From the NCBI GenBank assembly GCA_047628655.1, contig JBLHVR010000001.1, positions 1 to 62,983 on the forward strand: a stretch of 62,983 nucleotides of DNA. Reading direction: 5' to 3'. Below, piece after piece: positions 8,824 through 19,454 of this stretch; the stretch's first letter is position 1; each line of letters opens with the position of its first letter. Source of the stretch: Lentimonas sp. (lineage in GTDB: Bacteria > Pseudomonadota > Alphaproteobacteria > Rickettsiales > UBA1997). The position numbers and the translations under genes were made by a program. The notes beneath the pieces are model-generated. The model had not been told where the DNA came from, ran no database searches, and saw only the letters and a program-made list of their open reading frames with translations.

Positions 8824-10164
8824 ATGGCTAAAAAAATTACCAAATCTTCCGAAGATTTAACTCCTAAGAACATTGTTGCAGAACTAAATAAATATGTTAT
8901 TGGTCAAGATGACGCCAAAAAAGCTGTGGCAATTGCCCTTCGTAATCGTTTTCGCAGAAAGCAAGTTGAAAGCCCAATGCGCGAAGAAATTATTCCTAAA
9001 AACATTTTAAGTATCGGCCCCACCGGTGTTGGTAAAACTGAAATTGCTAGAAGATTAGCCACATTAGTTAAAGCGCCATTTATTAAAGTAGAAGCTACAA
9101 AATTCACTGAAGTAGGTTACGTTGGCCGCGATGTTGAATCTATCATTCGTGATTTAATGGAAGTTGCAGTGACCATGATTCGCACTGAAATGCGCAGTAA
9201 AGTTAAGAAAAAAGCTGAGAAAAAAGCCAAAGCCAGAATTTTGGAAGTTCTAGTGGGTAAGGAATCTTTAAAAGAAACTAAAGACAAATTCTCTAAAATG
9301 CTCGATGAAGGCAAATTAGATGACAAAGACATTGAAATTGCAGTGGCAGAAACTTCTTCTGGCACATCTTCTTCAAGTTTCGATTTCCCCGGTGCAACGG
9401 TTGGAATGATTAACATTACCGAAATGATTGGTAAAGCAGTTGGCGGAGGAAAGCCTAAAAAACAGAAAATGACTGTTAAAAAAGCCCTTAAAAACATTAT
9501 TGAAGAAGAATCTGCCAATTTAACTGACGAAGAGCAAATTGTTGAAAATGCCATTCAAAATGTTGAAAACGATGGAATTGTTTTCATTGACGAATTCGAC
9601 AAAATTTGTGTTAAAGGTTCAAATGCCAAAGGTGGAGATGTTTCCAGGGAAGGGGTTCAGCGCGATTTACTACCTTTAGTCGAAGGAACAAGTGTTAATA
9701 CTAAATATGGAATGATTAAAACTGACCATATTTTGTTCATTGCTTCTGGCGCTTTTCACTCTAGTAAACCTTCAGATTTACTACCTGAACTTCAAGGAAG
9801 ATTTCCAATTAGAGTTCAGTTAAAAGCTTTGACCGAAGCTGATTTAGTGAGAATTCTAAAAGAGCCAGAATCGAGCCTAATTAAGCAATACACCGCTTTA
9901 ATTGGAGTTGAAAATATTGATCTAGATTTCAAAGATTCCGGTATTAATGAGATTGCCAGAATTGCTCACAAACTAAATGGCGAAGTGGAAAATATTGGAG
10001 CTAGAAGGCTTTACGCTTTATTAGAAAAAATTCTTGAAGAAGTGAGTTTCAAAGCTAGTGACATTAAAAAAGACACTAAAATTATTGTGGATAAAAAATA
10101 TGTTTCCTCTCATTTAGGAGATTTAGCTAATGGCAAAGCCGATTTGTCGAAATTTATTTTATAA
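8824..10164 (+). CDS. hslU: ATP-dependent protease ATPase subunit HslU
   Basis: 446 aa with [30 protein letters not shown], Walker [26 protein letters not shown] and [11 protein letters not shown]. No hslV upstream. Confidence 0.95.
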   Translation: MAKKITKSSEDLTPKNIVAELNKYVIGQDDAKKAVAIALRNRFRRKQVESPMREEIIPKNILSIGPTGVGKTEIARRLATLVKAPFIKVEATKFTEVGYVGRDVESIIRDLMEVAVTMIRTEMRSKVKKKAEKKAKARILEVLVGKESLKETKDKFSKMLDEGKLDDKDIEIAVAETSSGTSSSSFDFPGATVGMINITEMIGKAVGGGKPKKQKMTVKKALKNIIEEESANLTDEEQIVENAIQNVENDGIVFIDEFDKICVKGSNAKGGDVSREGVQRDLLPLVEGTSVNTKYGMIKTDHILFIASGAFHSSKPSDLLPELQGRFPIRVQLKALTEADLVRILKEPESSLIKQYTALIGVENIDLDFKDSGINEIARIAHKLNGEVENIGARRLYALLEKILEEVSFKASDIKKDTKIIVDKKYVSSHLGDLANGKADLSKFIL

Positions 10165-10189
10165 CATTTTCTAGCCCTTTCTTTTAGTA

Positions 10190-11095
10190 ATGGCGAGCGA
10201 GTCAGGAATCCTCAAAATCAATCAAATGACTAATTTAACCTCAGAACTTTCACAAATTGCCAATTTAGTGGAAGATCGAATGAAAAATCTTTTACCATCT
10301 CCACAAAAATTCTCTAACTCTAATTTGGCCAAGGCAATGAATTACAGCGCCTTTACTAAAGGTAAAAGGATTCGCCCATTTTTGGTGATTGCCGCTGCTC
10401 AACTTTTCAACAAACAAAAAAAAATAATTGATGCCTCTTTAGATGTAGGTGCAATTTTAGAATTTATTCATGTCTATTCCCTAATTCACGATGATTTGCC
10501 AGCAATGGATGATGATGATTTCCGTCGTGGTGAGCCAAGTTGCCACAAAAAATTTGACGAAGCCACGGCAATTTTAGCTGGAGACTCCCTTTTAACTTTC
10601 GCTTTTGAAATTTTATCTAGCGCCGAATTTACAGTTTCCTCAGACATTAAGTGTCAATTAATTAATGCAATTTCTAAGGCTATTGGCTTTGAAGGAATGG
10701 CTGGCGGACAAATGTTAGATTTAGAAGCTGGAAATAAAACCCTCAATCAAGAAGAAATTTTTAAGTTACATCACTTAAAAACCGGAAAATTAATTATTGC
10801 CGCCGTTGAATCTGGTGCAATTTTGGGTGGTTGCAATGTTGCAGAAAAACAAGTTTTGATTAATTACGCTACTAATATTGGCTTAGCTTTCCAAATTAAA
10901 GATGATTTATTGGATTTTCAGGAAGAAAAGAACAAACCCGATCCAGCCAGTATTGTGCATTTAATTGGTGAAAAAGAAGCTCAGAAAAATCTGGAAATGG
11001 TTAAAAATCAAGCAATTGCAGATTTAAATATTTTTGGAAAAGAAGCCCAAATTCTGCGAGATTTAGCCTGTTTTATTGTGGAAAGAGAAATTTAA
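10190..11095 (+). CDS. ispA: Polyprenyl (farnesyl/geranylgeranyl) diphosphate synthase
   Basis: First aspartate-rich motif LIHDDLPAMDDDDFRRG and second motif FQIKDDLLD; GKRIRP near the N-terminus. Confidence 0.85.
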   Translation: MASESGILKINQMTNLTSELSQIANLVEDRMKNLLPSPQKFSNSNLAKAMNYSAFTKGKRIRPFLVIAAAQLFNKQKKIIDASLDVGAILEFIHVYSLIHDDLPAMDDDDFRRGEPSCHKKFDEATAILAGDSLLTFAFEILSSAEFTVSSDIKCQLINAISKAIGFEGMAGGQMLDLEAGNKTLNQEEIFKLHHLKTGKLIIAAVESGAILGGCNVAEKQVLINYATNIGLAFQIKDDLLDFQEEKNKPDPASIVHLIGEKEAQKNLEMVKNQAIADLNIFGKEAQILRDLACFIVEREI

Positions 11096-11278
11096 TATCA
11101 ATAATCCTTCACAAGGAGACGAGCAATCTTTTAGTTGATTAGATAAAACCTTAAAGGGCCTTAATCTTCCAATTTTTGCGAATGATTATTTTATCTCAAC
11201 TCAAGTTTTCTTGAATATTTAAATCAAATCTGCCAATATCCGCGCCTTCATTATTTAAATCATTTTTACTCTTAATTT

Positions 11279-12664
11279 ATGAGCAGTTTAGCAGCAATTT
11301 CTTACCTTGCATCTTCGGTTTTATTCATCCTCGCAATTTACGGTCTAGCATCTCCTAAAACAGCTCGCAGAGGAAATCTTTACGGAATGATTGGAATGAC
11401 TTTGGCAATTGTAACAACAATTTCTTTACCAATCGTTGAAAATAAATTGTTAATTTTATTGGCAATTGCAATTGGTGGTACAATTGGTTTTTTCATCGCC
11501 TTTAAGGTTAAAATGACCTCCATGCCGCAATTAGTTGCAGGCTTTCACTCTCTTGTTGGTTTAGCGGCAGTTTTAATTACTACAGCAGCGCTTTTAGCAC
11601 CAGAATCTTTCGGAATTTTGCACAATGGAATAATCCACACTGCCAGCTTAATTGAGCTTGGATTGGGCTTAGTTATTGGTGCCATCACTTTTACAGGTTC
11701 AATTATTGCCTTCCTGAAACTTAACGGAAATTTCCCTTCTAACTTTAAAATTTCTGGCCAAAAATTAATCGGAATCGTTCTTGGAGCTTCAATTTTAATT
11801 CTTCTGGTCTTGTTCTTCATTTCTGGCTCACAAACCATTTTCTTTGTTTTAGTTGCTCTTTCTTTAATTTTTGGACTTTACCTAATTGCTCCAATTGGCG
11901 GTGCCGACATGCCAGTTGTTGTTTCAATGCTTAACTCCTATTCAGGTTGGGCAGCATCTGCAGCAGGTTTTACTTTAGGAAATAATTTACTAATTATTAC
12001 CGGCGCTTTAGTTGGTGCTTCTGGCGCAATTTTGAGTTACATCATGTGTAAAGCAATGAATCGCTCAATTATTAATGTAATTTTTGGCAGCTTTGCGCAA
12101 AGTGCAGTTAGTTCTGGAGAGGCTGCTGAAGAGACTAGGTCAGTTCGTAGAGGAAGCGCTGAAGATGTGGCGTTCCTAATGAAAAACTCATCATCTGCAA
12201 TCATCGTTCCGGGTTACGGAATGGCAGTTGCAGGCGCTCAGCACGCTGTTGCAGAAATGGCTAATTTACTTGAAGAGCAAGGTGTTAATGTTAAATATGC
12301 CATTCATCCAGTTGCAGGAAGAATGCCAGGTCACATGAACGTTCTTTTAGCAGAAGCTGGAGTTGATTACGAAAAAGTTGAAGAATTAGAAGAAATCAAC
12401 AATGACTTTAGAAATACTGACGTGGTTTATGTAATTGGCGCTAATGACACTACTAACCCAGCTGCTAAAACTGATAAAGACAGTCCAATTTATGGAATGC
12501 CAATTTTAGATGTAGAATCTTCTGCAACTGTGGTTTTTGTTAAAAGATCGATGGCTGCTGGTTACGCTGGTGTTCAAAACGAATTATTCTTTAAAGACAA
12601 CACAATGATGGTGTTTGGAGATGCCAAAAAGGTAACCGAATCCATCGTCAAAGAACTCGCCTAG
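11279..12664 (+). CDS. pntB: NAD(P) transhydrogenase subunit beta
   Basis: 461 aa with an N-terminal polytopic membrane domain and a C-terminal dIII domain ([56 protein letters not shown]). No pntA upstream. Confidence 0.95.
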   Translation: MSSLAAISYLASSVLFILAIYGLASPKTARRGNLYGMIGMTLAIVTTISLPIVENKLLILLAIAIGGTIGFFIAFKVKMTSMPQLVAGFHSLVGLAAVLITTAALLAPESFGILHNGIIHTASLIELGLGLVIGAITFTGSIIAFLKLNGNFPSNFKISGQKLIGIVLGASILILLVLFFISGSQTIFFVLVALSLIFGLYLIAPIGGADMPVVVSMLNSYSGWAASAAGFTLGNNLLIITGALVGASGAILSYIMCKAMNRSIINVIFGSFAQSAVSSGEAAEETRSVRRGSAEDVAFLMKNSSSAIIVPGYGMAVAGAQHAVAEMANLLEEQGVNVKYAIHPVAGRMPGHMNVLLAEAGVDYEKVEELEEINNDFRNTDVVYVIGANDTTNPAAKTDKDSPIYGMPILDVESSATVVFVKRSMAAGYAGVQNELFFKDNTMMVFGDAKKVTESIVKELA

Positions 12665-12874
12665 TTCTACTTTTACGGCGAAATCTTGCGGTTTTTTTTA
12701 TTTTTTACTCTAGTCATTTACCGGATTTAAACTCCTTTCGTAAAAAATAAAAATAAACCACAACCTTTCTTGTAAAAGCGAACTAGACCCCTAATTTGAC
12801 ATAGGGACTAATCTTGCCCTGTTTAAGGATCAAATCTTCTTCACCATAACCTCAATCTTCATTAAAAAATAATT

Positions 12875-13441
12875 ATGAGAATAAATGCAAATTCACTTCG
12901 AGTTGGGAATATTATTGAATATCAAAATGGATTGTGGAGCGTTATTAAAAGAGACCATGTAAAGCCGGGAAAAGGTGGCGCTTACATTCAGGCTGAATTG
13001 AAGCACATTACTAATGGTACTAAAACTAATACTCGCTTTTCATCTTCTGACGACATTGAAAAAGCTCACACTGAAAATAAGAAATTTCAATATCAATACA
13101 TGGATATGGACGATTTAGTAGTGATGGATTTGGAAACTTACGAGCAATTAAATTTTAACAAAGCACTCCTAGGATCTGCCTTGCCATTTTTACAAGATGA
13201 AATGTTGATAAATGTTGGATTTTGCAATGAAAAGGCTGTGGAAATTACTCTTCCAGAAACCGTAACTTTAGAAGTTGCAAGTGCTGACGCGGTAGTAAAA
13301 AACCAAACTGCCACCTCTTCTTACAAACCAGCTGAATTAGAAAATGGCGTTAAAGTTCAAGTTCCACCTTTCGTGGAAGCGGGAGACAGAATAGTTGTTA
13401 AAACGGCCGATGCCACTTACGTTGAAAGAGCTAAAAAATAA
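12875..13441 (+). CDS. efp: Translation elongation factor P
   Basis: 188 aa with LRVGNIIEYQNGLWSVIKRDHVKPGKGGAYIQAELK (the KPGKG loop) and typical length. Confidence 0.95.
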   Translation: MRINANSLRVGNIIEYQNGLWSVIKRDHVKPGKGGAYIQAELKHITNGTKTNTRFSSSDDIEKAHTENKKFQYQYMDMDDLVVMDLETYEQLNFNKALLGSALPFLQDEMLINVGFCNEKAVEITLPETVTLEVASADAVVKNQTATSSYKPAELENGVKVQVPPFVEAGDRIVVKTADATYVERAKK

Positions 13442-13455
13442 ATAAGACTTAAATT

Positions 13456-13917
13456 ATGAAATGTCCCTTTTGTGGAAATCTTGAAAGCCAAGTTCGCGAC
13501 AGTCGAATTTCTGATGATGGTGACGCCGTTAAAAGAAGGCGCTATTGCCCAGAGTGCGATTCTAGATTCACAACTTTTGAAAGAGTTCAATTGAAAGAAA
13601 TTTCGGTTATTAAGAAAAGCGGCGAGAAGAAAATATTCGATTCCGAGAAATTAAAAAGATCGGTGGAAATGGCGGTTAGAAAAAGACCAGTCAGCTTGCT
13701 GCAAGTTGATAAATTAGTTAACAATATTGTACGCAAATTAGAAACCGAAGGACAAACCCAAATTGATTCTGCCAAACTAGGAGATATGGCCCTTAAAGCC
13801 TTAGAAGGTTTAGATAAAGTAGCCTATGTTCGTTTTGCTTCAGTTTACAAAAACTTTGAAAAAACCAGTGATTTCCGTGAGTTTATTAGAAAAATCGCTA
13901 AATCATCAGAAGAATAA
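13456..13917 (+). CDS. nrdR: Transcriptional repressor NrdR
   Basis: MKCPFCGN...RRRYCPECDSRFTTFE zinc ribbon followed by an ATP-cone (VIKKSGEKKIFDSEKL...YVRFASVYKNF). Confidence 0.95.
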   Translation: MKCPFCGNLESQVRDSRISDDGDAVKRRRYCPECDSRFTTFERVQLKEISVIKKSGEKKIFDSEKLKRSVEMAVRKRPVSLLQVDKLVNNIVRKLETEGQTQIDSAKLGDMALKALEGLDKVAYVRFASVYKNFEKTSDFREFIRKIAKSSEE

Positions 13918-13922
13918 ATAAA

Positions 13923-14747
13923 ATGAGTAAAATTTTAGAACTTTATCTGGAATCGGGAGTTGATGAGATAATCTCGGAAATGCCAATTAATCGCCTAATT
14001 CCAAGAGAGGAAAAGGTTCAAGAAATTGAAACTAAAGTTCATTCACAAATTAATCACAAAAACATCACAACTTTTGCTGCCATTTCTACATTAGCGGCAA
14101 GATCAAATAATTCTCAGATAACCAGCAATCTAGTTCCCATTAACGATGTTATTAATAAATCTAAAGAAATGGCTAAAAATGCCCAGAATTTAGATGAATT
14201 AAAAAAAGCAGTTCTTGATTTTGACGGCTGCTCTTTAAAAAAAATGGCCACAAACACTGTTTTTGCTGACGGAAACCCCGATTCACCAATCATGATTATT
14301 GGCGAAGCTCCCGGAAATCAAGAAGATATGCAAGGAATTCCTTTTTGCGGTGAAATTGGAGAATTACTAAGTGCAATGTTTAAGAATATTGGTTTTAAGC
14401 GCGAAGATCTCTACATCACCAACACATTATTCTGGCGCCCTCCTGGAAATCGTCGCCCCACTGAAGACGAGCTGGCAATGTGCAAACCTTTCGTTGAAAA
14501 ACATATTTTCCTCAAAAAACCCAAATTAATTATTCTAATGGGCGCAACTGCAATGCAGGATATCCTAGAAATTAAAGACCCCATCAGCAAAGCCCGTGGA
14601 AAATTTTACGATTACCAAAATGAATATTTAGAAGACCCAATAAAAACCTGTATCTTCTTCCATCCATCCTATTTAATACGCCAACCTTCAAAAAAAAGAG
14701 AAGCTTGGAAAGATTTATTGATGATTAAAGAATTTTTAGCTAACTAA
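13923..14747 (+). CDS. Uracil-DNA glycosylase, family 4, with an N-terminal extension
   Basis: Family-4 motif GEAPGNQEDMQGIPFCG, later HPSYLIR, and RPPGNRRPT. Confidence 0.82.
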   Translation: MSKILELYLESGVDEIISEMPINRLIPREEKVQEIETKVHSQINHKNITTFAAISTLAARSNNSQITSNLVPINDVINKSKEMAKNAQNLDELKKAVLDFDGCSLKKMATNTVFADGNPDSPIMIIGEAPGNQEDMQGIPFCGEIGELLSAMFKNIGFKREDLYITNTLFWRPPGNRRPTEDELAMCKPFVEKHIFLKKPKLIILMGATAMQDILEIKDPISKARGKFYDYQNEYLEDPIKTCIFFHPSYLIRQPSKKREAWKDLLMIKEFLAN

Positions 14748-14757
14748 TTTAAATACC

Positions 14758-15690
14758 ATGAAAAAATATTTACTACCAATTGGTTTTTACGACCTAATCG
14801 ACGAAGAGGCAAAATTAAACCGCAGCACGGTTGATATTCTTCTTAACAGTTTTTATGAAAAAGAATATCAGCCAATTCAAACACCTTTAATTGAGTTTGA
14901 AGAAAGCTTGGCGGTTAATTCCAAAACTGATCAATCTTTTAAAATGGTCGATAATTTATCTGGAAAAACTCTACTTCTCAGATCTGACATAACTCCACAA
15001 ATTGCCAGATTAGTTGCAACCAAAATGCGTGATATTCAAACCCCCATTCGTCTTTGCTACAATGGTGATGTTGTTAAAACTAATAATGATAATCTCTACG
15101 CCGACCGCCAATTAACACAAGTTGGAATTGAGCTTATTGGAGAAGATTCTAGCGCTTCCAACCTTGAAGTTATTGAACTTACTTTATCTTCTTTAAAGCA
15201 AATTAAATTAGAAAATTTAGCGGTTAATTTTTGCTACCCACAATTTCTAGACATTCTGCTTACAAATTTAAATCTTCAAAATGATGAAAATTTAAGACAA
15301 GCAATTACATCAAAGAACATTTCAGCAATCAAAAATTTAGCCGGAAAATTAGCTGATGATTTAATTTTCCTAGCTCTTGAAAATAATGATTTTTCCAAAA
15401 TAAGTTCAGTAATTGAGAATTTAAAAGTTGATAAAGAAATTGCTCAACAATTGGCAAGGTGGCAGAAAACCATCAATAAAATCAAAGAAAATCACCCCGG
15501 AATCACCTTTTCAATCGATGTGTTCGCCGATGATGAATTTTCCTACCATAACCAAATTGGCTTCACAATTTTCGCAGGTGGATTTTCCTACCCCATAGCT
15601 CGTGGCGGAAGATATTTAATCACTCAAACTATTCCAGCAGTTGGTTCAACCATTTACATTAATAATTTGCGCAAGATTCTGGCTAAATAA
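14758..15690 (+). CDS. hisZ: ATP phosphoribosyltransferase regulatory subunit (HisS paralogue)
   Basis: 310 aa, class II aaRS-like without an anticodon-binding domain (LPIGFYDL, YQPIQTPLIEFEESL, LRSDITPQIARL, TQVGIELIG, GGRY). Confidence 0.72.
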   Translation: MKKYLLPIGFYDLIDEEAKLNRSTVDILLNSFYEKEYQPIQTPLIEFEESLAVNSKTDQSFKMVDNLSGKTLLLRSDITPQIARLVATKMRDIQTPIRLCYNGDVVKTNNDNLYADRQLTQVGIELIGEDSSASNLEVIELTLSSLKQIKLENLAVNFCYPQFLDILLTNLNLQNDENLRQAITSKNISAIKNLAGKLADDLIFLALENNDFSKISSVIENLKVDKEIAQQLARWQKTINKIKENHPGITFSIDVFADDEFSYHNQIGFTIFAGGFSYPIARGGRYLITQTIPAVGSTIYINNLRKILAK

Positions 15691-15826
15691 TAAATCCTAT
15701 CTTTAATTTCTTGCGAAGATAATCATCCAACTTTCTATCAAAAAAAGGTGACGATTGAATTATAAAATGTAATGTTGAAATATTATCCCCATTATTCTCT
15801 TGACTTAAGCACAATTGATAAAAATC

Positions 15827-16369
15827 ATGAAAGCCATCATATTTCTTTTAATAACGTTAAATTTTTACTCATCTGCAATGGCAAATATGACAATTCGAAA
15901 TGCTCATCAATTTTCCTTTGATGGAATGGATGGCAATAAAATCAATTTATCAGACCTGAAAAAGAAAGTAGTTTTAATTGTAAATACCGCTTCAAAATGT
16001 GGCCTAACTCCACAATATAAAGGGTTGCAGAATCTTCATGAAAAATATAAAGACCAAGGATTGGTAATTATTGGCGTTCCATCCGGAGATTTTTCTAACC
16101 AAGAATTTGAACAAATAGAGCAAGTGAAAGAATTTACTGATGAAAAATTCAGCATCACTTTCCCCCTCACCTTCATTTCTAAAGTAAAAGGAAGTGATGC
16201 TCACCCATTTTATTTATGGGCTAATAAAAAATCAGGATTTTTAGGATCTCCAAAGTGGAACTTCCATAAATATTTAATTGATAAAGACGGCAATCTAGCC
16301 GCTTGGTTTGCATCAACAACCAAGCCAGAATCAGCAAAAATTATTAAAAAAATTGAGGAGCTTTTATGA
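15827..16369 (+). CDS. Glutathione peroxidase (Cys-type) with signal peptide
   Basis: VNTASKCGLTPQY active-site motif (Cys, not Sec), NQEFE, WNFHKYLIDKDG. The track ORF starts at TTG 15815; the ATG is at 15827. Confidence 0.9.
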   Translation: MKAIIFLLITLNFYSSAMANMTIRNAHQFSFDGMDGNKINLSDLKKKVVLIVNTASKCGLTPQYKGLQNLHEKYKDQGLVIIGVPSGDFSNQEFEQIEQVKEFTDEKFSITFPLTFISKVKGSDAHPFYLWANKKSGFLGSPKWNFHKYLIDKDGNLAAWFASTTKPESAKIIKKIEELL

Positions 16370-16740
16370 TCGCAAACGACAATAACTCCAACAACATATT
16401 AGGAACCAAACTAAAACCCTGCTGCTTTGAAACCAAAACAGGTTTTTACCGAGATGGATCCTGCAATACAGACCAAAATGATCATGGCAAACACATCATT
16501 TGTGCAATAATGACTGATGAGTTTTTGCAATTTAGTAAAAACATGGGAAATGATCTAACGGCTTCAGTTCCAGAATATAATTTCCCAGGATTAAAAGCTG
16601 GCGACAAATGGTGTTTATGTATTTTAAGATGGAAAGAAGCATTAGAAAATGACGTTGCTCCCAAAATTATTCTGGAAAGCTGTCATCAAAATTGCCTTGA
16701 ATATGTTTCAATTGCAGATCTTCAGAAAAATTCTATTTAA
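16366..16740 (+). CDS. DUF2237 family protein
   Basis: 124 aa with LKPCCFETKTGFYRDGSC...DHGKHIICAIMTDEFL...GDKWCLCILRW, typical of DUF2237. ATGA overlap with the peroxidase gene. Confidence 0.78.
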   Translation: MIANDNNSNNILGTKLKPCCFETKTGFYRDGSCNTDQNDHGKHIICAIMTDEFLQFSKNMGNDLTASVPEYNFPGLKAGDKWCLCILRWKEALENDVAPKIILESCHQNCLEYVSIADLQKNSI

Positions 16741-16820
16741 AACATGTTAATAACATCCGATCATTTGATGAGGAAGGAATTAAATCCACTATTTTATTAA
16801 AACTTAAAACAATAATAATT

Positions 16821-18086
16821 ATGAAAATTAACAGTTTATGCGTTCACTCTGGCAACAAACCAGACGAAACAGGGGCCAGACAAATTCCTATTCACCAAAC
16901 AGCTTCTTTTGTTTTTAAAAGCGCAGAGCATGCCGCTAATCTTTTTGCACTAAAAGAAGTTGGTTACATTTATTCCAGATTAACCAACCCAACAATTGGA
17001 GCTTTGCAAGAAAGAATGGCCGCTATTGAAGGTGGGGTTGGTGCAGTTGCTTGCGCTTCTGGACATGCGGCGCAGCTTACCGCTTTTCATAATTTACTAC
17101 AATCTGGTGATGAATTTATTGCATCAAAAAAACTTTATGGCGGCTCAATAAATCAATTTAAAAATTCATTCAAACAATTTGGCTGGAATGTAAAATTTGT
17201 TGATACCGAGAATTTGGATGAGATTCAAAATGCTATCACCCCAAAAACCAAATTCATATTCGTTGAAAGTCTTTCAAATCCTGAAGGGGCAGTTTCTGAC
17301 ATTAAAGCAATTTCTAAAGTTGCTCACAATAATGGCATTCCATTGTTGGTTGATAACACCATTGCAACGGCTGCTTTAACAAGGCCAATTGAAAATGGAG
17401 CCGACATCATCATCAACTCAACCACAAAATTCCTTACCGGAAATGGATCAGCAGTTGGCGGAGTTTTCATTGATAGCGGAAATTTTGACTGGGGACAAAA
17501 TGACAAATTCCCACTTCTAACCAGCGCCGATCCTTCATATCACGGCCTGAAATTTCATGAAGCCTGCGGCAAATTAGCCTTCACCTTCAGAGGAATAGCG
17601 GTTGGACTTAGAGATTTGGGCGCAGTTATGGCGCCAATGAACGCTTTTCTAACCATACTTGGAATAGAAACCCTGCCCCTTAGAATGCAAAGACATTGCG
17701 AAAATGCCCTAAAAATAGCGGAATTTTTAGAATCTCACAAAAAAGTTGATTGGGTCAAATATCCGGGCCTAAAATCTAACCCTTACCACACTTTAGCTAA
17801 TGAATATTTAGAAAATGGCTATGGCGCAGTTTTCACATTCGGAATTAAAGGCGGCGATATTGCTGGCAAAAAATTGGTAGATTCTTGTGAGTTAATTTCA
17901 CATGTTGCCAATGTTGGCGATTCCAGAACCCTAATAATTCACCCTTCCAGCACAACGCATAGCCAACTTAATGAAGAAGAAAAAGTTCTTGCCAGCTCAA
18001 CTGACGATGTAGTTAGAATTTCAATTGGAATTGAAGATGTAAGCGACATTATAGCAGATCTTGAAAAATCCTTGAATAAAATTTAA
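16821..18086 (+). CDS. metY: O-acetylhomoserine sulfhydrylase (PLP-dependent, Cys/Met metabolism family)
   Basis: 421 aa with YSRLTNPT, the PLP-lysine region NSTTKFLTGNG, and ANVGDSRTLIIHPSSTTH. Confidence 0.9.
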   Translation: MKINSLCVHSGNKPDETGARQIPIHQTASFVFKSAEHAANLFALKEVGYIYSRLTNPTIGALQERMAAIEGGVGAVACASGHAAQLTAFHNLLQSGDEFIASKKLYGGSINQFKNSFKQFGWNVKFVDTENLDEIQNAITPKTKFIFVESLSNPEGAVSDIKAISKVAHNNGIPLLVDNTIATAALTRPIENGADIIINSTTKFLTGNGSAVGGVFIDSGNFDWGQNDKFPLLTSADPSYHGLKFHEACGKLAFTFRGIAVGLRDLGAVMAPMNAFLTILGIETLPLRMQRHCENALKIAEFLESHKKVDWVKYPGLKSNPYHTLANEYLENGYGAVFTFGIKGGDIAGKKLVDSCELISHVANVGDSRTLIIHPSSTTHSQLNEEEKVLASSTDDVVRISIGIEDVSDIIADLEKSLNKI

Positions 18087-18150
18087 TTTCCATTTTCGAT
18101 TTTTGTAAATATGGGCGTCTAAACATTTAATTTTCCAGCCAATTATTCTT

Positions 18151-18201
18151 GGGGTTACGACGAGATAAACGTAAAATATCATACAGACTTATTTTATCTA
18201 T
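18151..18201. repeat. Left arm of an imperfect inverted repeat
   Basis: The reverse complement reads ATAGATAAAATAAG-9nt-TATTTTAC-gtt-TATCTCG-tcgt-AACCCC. The same four blocks (14+8+7+6 nt, all perfect) occur in the same order at 19173-19236. Confidence 0.6.
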
Positions 18202-18268
18202 CTTCATAAATGGTGATTGGTCTTAAAATTATTTAAGATAAGACATTGCGCATTTATAAAAAAACAAA

Positions 18269-19062
18269 ATGAATCCACTTGACATATTAGCTTTATTTGC
18301 CGCATTTCAGAATCTTGCTTTAGGTCAAAATAGATTCAAAACAGATCTTTCGGCTAGATTTTTCGAAGATGATGTTTGGAACGGAATGGAAACTACGTCG
18401 AGCATTTGTAGCCCATTGGATCAGATATTGGTATCGGTAATATATTTAATGAAGATGACATCGAAGATGTTTTAAGATATGTGAAAGAAAATCCAGATAC
18501 ATTTGCATCTCAAATTATTGTCAAGGCAACAAGATTTTTCTTCATGCGAAGGTATATGCTTTAGGAGCGGAGCATACACACGGATTATTAAATGATCTCC
18601 TTATTGGAGAGTCCTGATGGGTTGAGCTATACTGCAGATCAGTTGATCATGAGTTACAGGGAGGGCTTTGATTATGCTGTCAGGGATGAACTTTTACTTT
18701 GTTTGAATTAGGATTTGGATTTATTTAGAGCCACAAACGGCGAAAGAAATCAATTTTCTGCAGAATGTACAAATGTACAAATAAGGACTAGACCAGGACC
18801 AGCTGATTTGCAAATATTGGCTTATGAATACGATCCTCAAGCACCAAATTTAGAAAAAAATCCATGTGAAGAAGGAAAGGAAAGTCTTGTGCCGCAAGCG
18901 CCAAAAAACCATGATTTGGCGACTATTGGTGTAGCGATTGCGACTCTCTCTGCATTAGGACTTGTTGGTCTGTTAAAAGAATATAGAAGAAGGAATCTTC
19001 CTAGAACTAAAAAACAAGCAACAAGAAGTAATAAGTACGATGGCAGCACCATCACCAACTAA
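18269..19062 (+). pseudogene. Decayed gene for a protein with a C-terminal TM anchor (one frameshift plus three in-frame stops)
   Basis: A 68-aa ORF (frame of 18269) shifts frame near 18405-18412. The second frame then runs to 19062, interrupted by TAG 18562-18564, TAA 18589-18591 and TAG 18709-18711. The last segment ends with the TM stretch IGVAIATLSALGLVGLL followed by KEYRRRN. Confidence 0.45.
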
Positions 19063-19172
19063 TACTTTACGGAAAAGAACTTCAGATACTTTAAATGTTA
19101 AAAAAGAAGACGGAGCATCTATAACACAACTTTTCTCCTAAATATGAATTATCATCCTCAATAATTGTAAAA

Positions 19173-19236
19173 ATAGATAAAATAAGGCCAGATTAGTAAG
19201 GTGGCACTATTTTACAAATATCTCGGCACAACCCCT
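19173..19236. repeat. Right arm of an imperfect inverted repeat
   Basis: ATAGATAAAATAAG-22nt-TATTTTAC-aaa-TATCTCG-gcac-AACCCC. It pairs with 18151-18201 in inverted orientation, with a 13-nt indel between the first two blocks. Confidence 0.6.
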
Positions 19237-19454
19237 TAACTCATATTCTTATCTAGTCTTGCATTCTTGATGTTTCTGACAATTTATTTTCTGATATTCA
19301 TTTTTTACTCTCAATAATTTTTATTTGAAGGATGATTTCTATCGGAAAATACTTGATTCGACAAGAGAAGGATTAAGTTAGTTTTTTATTGCTGGTAAAA
19401 TTTAACTTATCTTCTAATTTTTGGTAAATTAATTATCAGAATTTTTTTAAATAA

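Larger units (their letters stand above)
18151..19236. mobile_element. Candidate ~1.1-kb inverted-repeat-bounded insertion (degenerate or non-autonomous; no transposase visible)
   Basis: Termini are GGGGTT...AACCCC. The inverted repeats enclose the only long low-coding stretch in the window, between metY and an ABC transporter. The interior holds a decayed ORF and looks compositionally different from its flanks. Confidence 0.3.

Noticed and set aside
8904-9554. Antisense ORFs inside hslU (8904-9107, 9117-9554). Similar shadow ORFs occur inside coaBC (153-335), pheS, pntB, metY, tkt, maeB, znuB, the secretin gene and the 573-aa gene
   Set aside because: Each lies entirely within a confidently identified gene on the other strand or in another frame and shows no recognisable motif. 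I treat them as shadow ORFs.
12665-12874. 210-nt pntB-efp spacer as a possible small RNA or terminator
   Set aside because: It has only a T-run without a convincing stem (no complementary arms of 6 bp or more) and a 5-bp CCCTA/TAGGG pairing. That is not enough to call a feature.
16741-16820. SAM-type riboswitch upstream of metY
   Set aside because: The 80-nt leader shows only a 4-bp CATC/GATG pairing. It has none of the SAM-II/SAM-V-like pseudoknot or AAAGC elements I could recognise, and it is too short for SAM-I. A covariance-model search would be the proper test.
18409-18711. Possibility that the in-frame TAG/TAA/TAG codons reflect stop-codon recoding or an alternative genetic code
   Set aside because: TAA, TAG and TGA all end well-conserved proteins at the expected lengths throughout the window, e.g. 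pheS TAG, pntB TAG and the YgjP-like gene TGA. A frameshift is also needed in this region. Pseudogenisation is the simpler reading.
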